From Dendrobates tinctorius (Eukaryota): a stretch of DNA of 64,000 nt. The position numbers and the translations under genes were made by a program. The DNA is taken from contig NW_027361696.1 in NCBI RefSeq assembly GCF_039654945.1, positions 49,228,001 through 49,292,000 of the forward strand, read 5' to 3'. Under the pieces are notes generated by a model. It did no database searches and was not told the DNA's origin. It was given only the letters and a program-made list of their open reading frames with translations. Below, piece by piece: positions 39,797-50,800 of this stretch (the first letter of the stretch is position 1; the number at the start of each line of letters is the position of its first letter).

Positions 39797-42700
39797 GTAA
39801 GAAGTAATCTATGTTCTCAATAACTGGGCCATACGTAGTACAGTTTGATGATGTTATGTATTATTTCCAATCTTGGCCATGCCAAATACTAAACCCTAAA
39901 ATAGACGGTGGATGGTGGGGTTAGACCACCTACTGTTAGGCTCCTTTCATTCCAGGCATTGGTCTCACCTGTCTGTTGAACTTGAAGGTCATCTGTATGT
40001 AATAATATTCTCTTTACTGTTCTAAAGCGGTGAGTCTTTACTGTGAGAAGTGTGAAAACTACCATGGAAAAACTTGCGAAAACACAACTACCGAGATCTG
40101 CGATCCATCAGTCACAAGTTGCAGAACTACTGTGATGTTTGAACATATCGGTAACTACATTTCATGATTAACAATATACGTTTCTTAAAAATGTCCCAAA
40201 TAATACATTCTTATAGTAGGTATATTCTTGTGAATAGGAACAGTATTATAGTAGGTATATTCTTATACATGGAGCAGTATTATAGTAGCTATATTCTTGT
40301 ACAATATGGGGAAGTATTATAGTAGTTATATTCTTGTACATAGGGGCAATATTATAGTAGTTATATTCTTGTACAAAGGAGCAGTAATATAGTAGTTATA
40401 TTCTTGTACATAGGGGGTAGTATTATAGTAGTTATATTCTTGTACATAAGGGCAGTATTATAGTAGTTATAGTCTTGTACATAGGGAGCAGTATTTATAG
40501 TAGTTATATTCTTGTACATAGAGGACAGTATTATAGTAGTTATAGTCTTGTACATAGGGAGCAGTATTTATAGTAGTTATATTCTTGTACATAGGGGCAG
40601 TATTATTATAGTTATATTCTTGTACATAGGAGCAGTATTATAGTAGTTATATTCTTGTACATAAGGGCAGTATTATAGTAGTTATAGTCTTGTACATAGG
40701 GAGCAGTATTTATAGTAGTTATATTCTTGTACATAGAGGACAGTATTATAGTAGTTATAGTCTTGTACATAGGGAGCAGTATTTATAGTAGTTATATTCT
40801 TGTACATAGGGGCAGTATTATTATAGTTATATTCTTGTACATAGGAGCAGTATTATTATAGTTATATTCTTGTACATAAGGGCAGTATTATAGTAGTTAT
40901 AGTCTTGTACATAGGGAGCAGTATTTATAATAGTTATATTCTTGTACATAGGGGCAGTATTATAGTAGTTATATTCTTGTACATAGGAGCAGTATTATAG
41001 TAGTTATAGTCTTGTACATAGGGACAGTATTGTATTAGTTATATTCTTGTGCATGAGTCAGTATTTTATAGTAGTTATATTGTTGTACATAGGGTTAGTT
41101 TTATAGCAGTTTTAGTCTTGTACATAAGAGGCAGTATTATAGTAGTTATATCCTTGTACATAAGGGGCAGTATTATAGTAATTATATTCTTGTACATAGG
41201 GGGCAGTATTATAGTAGTTATATTCTTGTACATAGGGACAGCATTATAGTAGTTATATTCTTGTACATAGGGAGCATTTTTATAGTAATTATATTCTTGT
41301 ACATAGGGACAGTATTGTATTAGTTATATTCCTGTGCATGAGGCAGTATTTTATAGTAGTTATATTGTTGTACATAGGGGCAGTTTTATAGTAGTTTTAG
41401 TCTTGTACATAAGAGGCAGTATTATAGTAGTTATATCCTTGTACATAAGTGGCAGTATTATAGTAATTATATTCTTGTACATAGGGGCAGTATTATAGTA
41501 GTTATATTATTGTACATAGGGACAGCATTATAGTAGTTATATTCTAGCACATAGGGGGCAGTATTATAGTAGTTATATTCTTGTACATAGGGGCAGTATT
41601 ATAGTAGTTATATTCTTGTACATAGGGGCAGTATTACAGTAGTTATATTCTTGTACAGTGGGGCAGTATTATAGTAGTTATATTCTTGTACATAGGGGCA
41701 GTATTATAGTAGTTATATCCTTGTACATAAGGGGCAGTATTATAGTAATTATATTCTTGTACATAGGGGCAGTATTATAGTAGTTATATTATTGCACATA
41801 GGGACAGCATTATAGTAGTTATATTCTAGCACATAGGGGGCAGTATTATAGTAGTTATATTCTTGTACATAGGGGCAGTATTATAGTAGTTATATTCTTG
41901 TACATAGGGGGCAGTATTATAGTAGTTATATTCTTGTACATAGGGGGCAGTATTATAGTAGTTATATTTTTGTATATAAGAGTGTAAGAGCAGTATTATA
42001 GTAGTTATATTCTTGTACATAGCGGGCAGTATTATAGTAGTTATATTCTTGTATATTCTTATATTTCCCATACACGAGGCTATTTTGGTGATGGGTGCTG
42101 TGCATTCTCCTTTGCCAGTTTCGTTGCATGCGTAGCACTGCATGCCAGTTAGGGTCGAATTCACTGTCACTGTTGGAGAAAAAAAAAGACAATGGAAATA
42201 GTTTGTCACCACAGAGGTATTGCACCTTCTCCTAAGGTGTAGTGCCCCACCATCCAGGTAAGTTGGGAGCTCCTTTCCACACTCCAGCACTCGCATCCCA
42301 CACAACAGGGTAGTTCTGCACAATCACATTGCGGCTCAGCGCTTAGAGAGTAGCAGAGCACCTCTGGTGGTTCCCTGCATGGAACACTGGACGTGCTGGG
42401 AGGTGGGTGGAGTTGAGATCCATATAAAAGATTGGGAAGGTTTAGAATTACAGTTCAGTCTGACTGTCTAGAAGTCAGTCTGACGGGAGGTCAGGCGGGA
42501 GGAGGACAGTCAGTCAGGAGAGTCTGAGGACGGGTCCGAGGAGAAGAAGAGCTGCAGCTGCCTCGGTGATCTGAGCCAGCTGGCACGGGAAAGGAACAGA
42601 AGGAGAAAGACGTAGAACTGCAACCTAAGCTTCCATAAGAGAGGGAAGGAACAGTGCGGAACGAAGGAGTAGGAGAACAGAGAGGAGTTGTGGGTCGGAA

Positions 42701-45700
42701 GAGGAACCCTGCCTATAGATTCTCAGTGCAAGGCCGGGGCCCGGTCCCCGAGGTTGTATGGACGCTTATGGTTCTGCAGCAGACACCGGTGGAGTAGTTG
42801 GTTGTAAATGCACTACTCCCATCTAAGACTTGGGGCACAACAGCAACTGAATAGAGAGCCAGGACTCTGGAGAAGGGAGTCTCTGAGAGAGGCTACAGCT
42901 GTCTGCCATATGAGTAGAGTTGTTAGGAACATCTGACAGGAGGAACTCCAGAGTATCACGGTACTGGAGCTCTTCACACCTTAAGGCGCAATAGAGGAGT
43001 CGTTCAGGAAAGGTACATGTTGGCGGAGTGTTGGAGAGGAGAATCCTGACTTGCCTGGGAGGTTGATTGAGTCTCTGCCCCGGAGGACACGGCACGGAGG
43101 CAGGCACCAGTGTGTACCATGGACTGTGAGTAAAGCTTTGGAACTACAAGCCCTGGTGTCTTCCATTCCTTTCTGCGCTAACACCGTCAGCACCGCTACA
43201 TCTGGGTACCAGCATTCCTCACACCGCCTGCGCCTATCCTCATCTATTGCAATTACACTGCCCTGGGGTTACAGTTTCACCTGTGGGGAGCTACACCATC
43301 TATGCTGCAACACACCATCAGCCCCAGAGGATCTGCACACAGCGTTGGCTTAACATCTTGCTTGCCAAACACCACAGGTGGCATCACGAACTATTCCATT
43401 TCATTAACTACATTCCCCCATTACTTGGGTGCCCAGGGCCACGGACCGGGTCACCGCTGCTGTGACACATTCCCCTGACACCGGCCCGGTACCAAGCACC
43501 CCACAGCCCTGGGAGGGCGACCCAATTTTGGCGTCACGAACAGGATGACGAGACCCGATACCATCGAGTTCTGTGCGCCTGAAATTGTGAGACTTTGAAC
43601 TTTTGAAAATGTGCAGAAGACCCAATTTAATAGACTGTAAAATGGACATTAGAAATGGCCGCTGGCGCAGAGAAGAAGGGCGTGAAGAGATGGGAGGTCC
43701 TAGGAAAAGACCGCGAAGAGTATTGGGCCTTCCCTGCCTGAATTACTATGTGACAGCAACATGGCCCACCCCCCGAGTAGTTCGTATACTGGCTTGGTAT
43801 GGAGGCGCTGGAAGAAGACGCCGCCCCTGGAAGGAGGGGCAGAAGAAGCCAGTGGCGGGAAAGGGGCCGAGGCAGGAAGAAGAACGCCAGAACGCCATTT
43901 TGGAGCATGAGGGAAGGAGGCCTGCGGAGCACGGGGAAACGGATCTCCCTGGCGCCATGGCTGAAGGCTCCGACCCGATCTCAGAGATGAACCGCCGGCA
44001 GCTGGAAGAAGAAATAGTCGAGCTGACCACCCGGCTGCAGCTGAGACAGGAGGCCTTGGAGAGGCTGAACCGGCAACATGCCCAGGAGGGGCCTACGCCT
44101 GCGGTACCCGCTCCACCGGTACCTGCTGAGGCCGCGCTATTGCCTGGACCTGACGCGGCTGCGCAGGTCCCATCGGAGACCCCTGCGGACCCGGAACCAT
44201 CACCCGCTCCACCACCGCTAGCACCCTGGCCAGCCATTCCGGTGGATATCCCGGCAGCAGCTCACCGCCTCAAGCCTGCACTGGAGCTGGAAGACTGCCA
44301 GGAGTGCCCAGGTAGGACTGCAGCCCCTGAACCTGGGAAGGCCCTGGGTTGTGCGCCCGTGGTAGCGGCAGGGCAGGTCGTGCTGGACCTTGTCTGGGAC
44401 CGGGATGCTAGTCCCGAGGGTGAGACATCTGAACCCCTAACGGTGGTGCCGCGGGCCCCGGTGGGTGCGAGCAGGTCCCGGGAGGAGCGGGAGGAAGAAG
44501 AGAACTGGGCCAGCTGTCAGGCCACCATCCGGCAGCTGGCAGCTGAATATCGGGAGAGGAAGCAGAGAAAGATGGCTGTGCTGGGCCCGTATCTAGCCCG
44601 AAAGGAGAAAACCGTGGTGGTCACTTTGGTCACCGGGATTCAGCAGGATGGGGCCAGGTTCTCAACGTGAATCGGGAGCGGGGGTTCGGGTTTATCTCTG
44701 ACCCCAAACGGATCTCCGACCTGTTCTTTAGCCAGAGAGACGTTGAGTCCCATCTGAGTAAGGGACACCTGGACCGGAATCTGGAACCTGGGGAGTATGT
44801 GACATTCACCCGGCATGAGGGGCTCAGGGGGTGATATGCCCTGAATATACGCCGTATCCCGGAGGAGCTTGCTGAGAGGTACAGGCTGAAGCGACCTGCT
44901 GCACCTCCACCCACAGTTGTTACCCAGACTGCTAGAACACCGGCTGCCCTTGCACCAGCTCCAGCCCGGCAGCCTAAGCCAAAGGTCCCCAACTTGACAC
45001 CTTGGAAAGAGGAGTACCTGAGGATGGCCAATGAGTACCTTGCATCTGGTAGCAGTTCCAGTTCGGCTTCCAGAACCCTTTGTTGTCTTGCAGCCCGCGG
45101 ACATGCTGTGTTTAACGGGGGGGGGGTTGGCTTAACATCTGCTTGCCAAACACCACAGGTGGCGTCACGAACTATTCCATTTCATTAACTACATTCCCCC
45201 ATTACTTGGTCGCCTAGGGTCACGGACCGGGTCACCGCTGCTGTGACACATTCCCCTGACACCAGCCCGGTACCGAGTACCCCACAGCCCTGGGAGGGCG
45301 ACCCATCACCACCCTAGATTTCACCAACCAACTCCAAAAAGAGACCCATGGGTTCAATGGCACAAACAGACAGAAATGAGTCCCTGTGCAAGAACACTAT
45401 ATGAGTCCTTTTCATTTTTCACAGTTCTCCTATGACAGAAGCTCCTTATTGCTCTAGGAGGTGGTAGTGGCCCCATTACTTCTTGGGCCTCAGGCTGCAC
45501 CAATGATATGTCCGCCCCTGCTTGGGTTGTATTTTATGGGAAGTTTGTAAACCTCTACCTCTTTTCTGAAAATGAAAAGATGGAGCATATGGAAATCCAA
45601 CAGCCCAATCCTGTATCTAGGTAGGGCACTGTCTAAAAACGTAACAAAAATGTCTCATTTGCTTTTGAGTGCACAGTACCTGCTTGAACGCCATGGTTGA

Positions 45701-47768
45701 AGTACTTGTTCCCACAACATGACACCTCCGTGTAAACCCTGGGACCACCGGTGTTATATGCCAACTGCCGACCACACAGGTTACCCGTTGCACAACCTTT
45801 ATAGACAACGTTCGAGCTGGAATCTGCAGAAATGGGAGAATTATTAGGAATGGGATCTGTGACGAGGTGTCCATACACACTTCACGGGCTGGTCTTACCA
45901 TTGACATACACAGTTTGGATCGTCATGCAGCGATCTTGTACTCCGCCACATTGGAGGGATGTCAGGTTGGACGCTGCACAGGTCACATTGTTACCTTCAC
46001 AGGACTCACAAAATAGAGCGGCAACAGGGACTCGAGCTGGAAAAGAAAATGAAAGTCCTGAATAAATAGGAAGAAAATGACCACAATTGGATGATCTTTC
46101 CTAAGCCGGATCAGAACTACATTTTCTATTCTAAGGCTACTTTCACACTTGCGCTTTTTTGCTGCGCATTTTTTGCGCACACAAACCGCATCATGCGTTT
46201 GTGGGTGTTTTTTTGCGGGTTTTGGTGCGCTTTTTTAAAAAACGCATGCGTTTTTTAATGGGTGTTTTGCTGTAAAAAAAACGCATTGCGTGCGCATGCG
46301 TTTTTTTGGGACAAGTCGGACGCACAAAAAATGCAACAGGATGCATTTTGTGCGCCCGAGTGCACACTACAAAAAAACGCATGTGCGTACAAACGCATGT
46401 GTATGCGCACCTATGCGCACCCATGTTAAAGTATAGGGGAAAAAACGCATGCGTTTTTTTGCGCTACAAAAAGCGCAAAAAAACGCAAGTGTGAAACCAG
46501 CCTCACATGGACATGAAATTGCTTTCAATCTAAAGTTCTCTGCACCATGATCTGTTAATTTCCACCATGATCTTATCAATTCAATTTTCAATTTCATGTC
46601 CTTTTCTAAAAAGTTACCAGGGAACCCCAAAACACCATATTGGGGATCATAAGAAGAAGCAAGTCCATACTCTTCTATTTCTCGGAGGGTGACGCTGTCA
46701 AAGCTCCCATTTTAATAAAATGATTTACAAATAGACTTCTAGAATTGAGCACCATTGGTACCATTTGTGAATTAGGTCCCCATATATTTAAAATTTGGCC
46801 CTTCGGCTTTTGCACCATCAACTGCATCGGTTGAACGAGAGCCTCCTATAAACTGTGAATAAATGGAAAATATTATCTATTGACAGCATAGGATGAATAT
46901 TCTGACTGACTTGCTTGTAACATACCGTAGTAGGTGTCAGTGTTGCATAAGTCTGTGATGCAGCACGTGGAACTAACATAGGTTTTCCTGAAGCCCAAAT
47001 CCGTATAAATTGTCTCATTGCACACAAGTCCCTGTGAACAACCTTTGTATGTCCATTCTGTAACGCTCCCATTCTCTGAAAAAGAATGCATAATAGTAGT
47101 TACATTCTTGTACATAGGGGCAGTATTATAGTAGTTATATTCTTGTAAATAGGGGCAGTATTATAGCAGTTATATTCTTGTACATAGGGACAGCATTATA
47201 GTATATTTTTGTCATTTAAAATCAATTGTGTTATATTTTTAGGTAATGGGAAGTTCTACCAGATCTGGAAGTCTTGTGCAAACTCTCCATCCCTGTGTAA
47301 CCTAACTTTCAACATGACAGTGGGAATTGACATCTATAGCTTAACAAAGTGCTGCAAGGGAAACCTCTGTAATAGTGAATCACTACCATGTAAGTTGAAT
47401 GAATGTGCTATACCCATATATTTCATTTTACTATATGTCCAGAAATTATCTCCTGTTATAAAGATTAACCATATTTATGCAGCTGAGTGCTTATCCTTAT
47501 ACAAATATTGGCAAGTCTGTCAGAATTTTGCAAACAGGACCAATAATAAATGGGTTCTACGGTCAAAGCTATTACTCTGAAGCATATCCAGGGCATGTCA
47601 TTGTTGAACAGTGCTTCATAAAAAGACAAAATTATATTGTCCTACTTGGAAAATTCATCTTTGATTAAAAAAAATTGTTAAGAATAGATTAGTTTTAGAA
47701 TGTCCGGCTCTGAGACCCAAGGGATCATCTAATCGGAGAGTGTAACAGGCGGCCAGTGCTCATTTTCA

Positions 47769-47819
<51 letters not shown>

Positions 47820-50800
47820 GTACTAGCTGAAAAGCCCGATGCTGCCCGGGCATAGTAACTAACTACGGTTAGTTATAACAAATTATAATGATTATATCTA
47901 TATATATAAAGCTGAGTGTAGTGCCCCGCCCACTCCGCATAGCCACATTCACTATAATATCCCACATTATCCTGTCAGCCAGAGCTACCGGACTACTACC
48001 CCTAATATCCCACATTATCCTGTCAGCCAGAGCCACTGGACTGCTACCCCTAATATCCCACATCATCCCGTCAGCCAGAGCCACCGGACTACTACCCTAA
48101 TCATCCCATCAGCCTGGGGTCAGAACCAGAGCGCTGAGTGGATTTGCCCTGACTTGCATACCAATGATCCCTTTAATAGAACCCAGGGGTCAGCATCAGA
48201 GCGCTGAGGGATTTGCCCTAACTTCCATACAGGAGATCCCTTTAAGAGAGCCTGGGGTCAGAACCAGAGCATTTGAAGACAATTGCCCTGACTTCCATAC
48301 TGGGGATCCCTTTAAGAGAGGCCTGGGGTCAGAACCAAAGCACTGGATAGATTTGCCCTGACTTCCATAAAGGAGATCCCTTTAAGAAAGGCCTGGGTGT
48401 CAGTACCAAAGCACAGAGTGGATTTGCCCTAACTTCCATACCAATGATCCCTTTAAGAGACCCTGGGGTCAGAACCACAGTGCTGGATGGATTTGCTCTA
48501 ACTTCCATACCAATGATCCCTTTAAAAGGGAAGATGTGCCTATTGGATGGAGGATGTGTGATGGGTATATGGGAATGGGAGGGGGGATTCATTTCTGTCA
48601 TGTGCTCTCTGCTCCTTTTTGGGGGCAGACAATGGCTGGGAGCTTATGTTCCCAGGGATGCTAGGTTTCTCCCACCATGTCAGTGCCTGCTGAGGTGTTG
48701 TCAAGTGGGAAAACTTGCCCATAGCAAACAATCACAGCTCAACTTCTTTTAACCAGCTCTGGTGAAATGAGAGATGCTTAGTGATTGGTTGCAAGGAAAA
48801 CTGTTGCTCATAGCAACCAATCACAGCTCGGCTTCTCTTGAACAGCTCTGGTGAAATGAAAGATGCTTCATGATTGTGTGTGTGTATCACCAACCATACA
48901 TACATACATACATTCAGATATATATACACAGTACAGACCAAAAGTTTGAACACACACCTCATTCAAAGAGTTTTCTTTATTTTCGTGACTATGAAAATTG
49001 TAGATTCACTCTGAAGGCATCAAAACTATGAATTAACACATGTGGAATTATGTAATTAACAAAAAAGTGTGAAACAACTGAAAATATGTCTTATATTCTA
49101 GGTTCTTCAAAGTAGTCTCTTTAAGCTCTTTAAGCTCATCAAGAGAATGCCAAGAGTGTGCAAAGCAGTAATCAAAGCAAAAGGTGACTACTTTGAAGAA
49201 CCTAGAATATAAGACATGTTTTCAGTTGTTTCACACTTTTTTGTTAATTATATAATTCCACATGTGTTAATTCATAGTTTTGATGCCTTCAGAGTGAATC
49301 TATAATTTTCAGTCATGAAAATAAAGAAAACTCTTTGAATGAGAAGGTGTGTGCAAACTTTTGGTCTGTACTGTGTATATATGGGCAGCACTACCAAAAT
49401 TATACAATTGGTGCAGAACCTATTCAGCAGTGTCCAAACAGCCGAGTTAATAAAATAAAAACATAGGCAGCACTCCAAATTAAATGTGAAAAGTGGATAC
49501 TTTACTGATCCTCAAGTGGCGACATTTCAACAGTTACCCGTCTTTATCTAGCCAGGCTTGATAAAGACGGGTCACCGTTGAAACGTCGCCACTTGAGGAT
49601 CAGTAAAGTATCCACTTTTTTCACATTTAATTTGGAGTGCTGCCTATTTTTTTTAATATATATATCTTAATGAATTTAACCCAGAATTTGATGAGTTCTT
49701 TTATGCATGGGACTAATATGATTTTTCTTGAACCCAGTGGTGCCAACAAACTACAAAGAAAAAAGAAATGGGGTAGAATGCCCCTACTGTTATGCAAGGG
49801 GAAAAGGAGTAAAAAGTTGCACTCCATCTGACACCATGAAATGTCGGGGTCCCCAGTCGCGGTGCTTCTCCTTTGCTGGTAAAATCTGTAATTCAAGTAA
49901 GTATAAGTTTCCTCTTTTGCTCTTTTCCTTTGCCACGTTTTGTACATAACATCTTCCATTTTTACTTAGCTCATCAAAGGGCTAGGAAAGCCTGGTCCTT
50001 CCAGCAGGTGGGGTCCCCTATGAGGTGTTCTTACCCAGTTAAAATTTTAAAAAAAGTTATAAGGCATTTGTTATCTTTTTGACAAGGTGCAAAAACTGTA
50101 AATCTTGTGGTTCCCACTTCCTTAGTATGTCATCTGTGTCGGTACATGCCAGTCCTGTTTCTGCTTCTGTTTCCAAGCGCTGCCATGCTCTTGTCGCGGA
50201 CAGTGAGAGGCGACCCCTCTAGTTCAGTGTTCTCAGGTACTTGTAGTTCTGTCCATACTGGGAGATCAGGAGCTAGCTTTTTAGGGTGTGTTTCCACTAA
50301 GCACATTCATTGCGCTTTGGACAGAGCGGAAAGTCTGCTCCGCCCAAAGCCCCGCCCCTTCTGTACGCGCAGTGATTCCGGATGTGGTCATTGAACACAT
50401 GCTGTATCACCCCATCGTATACATAGACTGAGTTATTTACCTTGTGGAGACTGAGCATCTTCCCAAGGTAAACAGACATGCTGATTTCTAAAAAGACGCG
50501 CCGCATGTCCGGTTTCATGGGTGTGTCACCCACGTATTAGGACGCATAGTGGACTTGGGATTTCATAAAATCCCCTCCACTATGCTGTAACACCTGGACG
50601 CTGCGGCTATACGCAGCATTCAATTCGCAGCAAATCCGGATGTAATACAGCCTGTGGAAACATACCCTTAGTGTTTGTTTCCTTCCTTGTGGCCTGGGTG
50701 GGGCTGCAGGGTGTTTAATCTCCTGAGAGCCTACTGTCCACTGCCAGTTATAATTTGCTCTTAGACAACTTCTCAGCATTCTGCTTTGACTTCCTGTTGA

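Larger units (their letters stand above)
42061..47075 (-). pseudogene. Antisense internal fragment of a multi-domain (at least 3 LU) uPAR/CD177-like gene nested in gene B intron 2
   Basis: Four phase-1 GT-AG exons on the minus strand: 47075-46926 (ENGSVTEWTYKGCSQGLVC...STCCITDLCN), 46036-45899 (ALFCESCEGNNVTC...QCGGVQDRC), 45823-45680 (VYKGCATGNLC...VSCCGNKYFN, terminal Cys to Phe) and 42169-~42061 (GMQCYACNETGKGEC...SCMGN, cut off by minisatellite). No signal-peptide exon and no terminal exon. Confidence 0.85.

Noticed and set aside
40209-42060. Regularly spaced ~35-bp repeats resembling a CRISPR array
   Set aside because: Head-to-tail units with no unique spacers, no cas genes and a eukaryotic intronic context; it is a minisatellite.
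41826-42323. 165-aa minus-strand ORF
   Set aside because: Read-through of intron, a truncated LU exon and minisatellite; only 42169-42061 is exon-derived.
44652-44855. Host YBX/LIN28/CSDE1 gene or processed pseudogene; TGA as selenocysteine; programmed frameshift
   Set aside because: Too divergent from the KWFN/VFVH host consensus and embedded between PBS and PPT. No SECIS evidence and no slippery heptamer seen, so decay is the simpler explanation.
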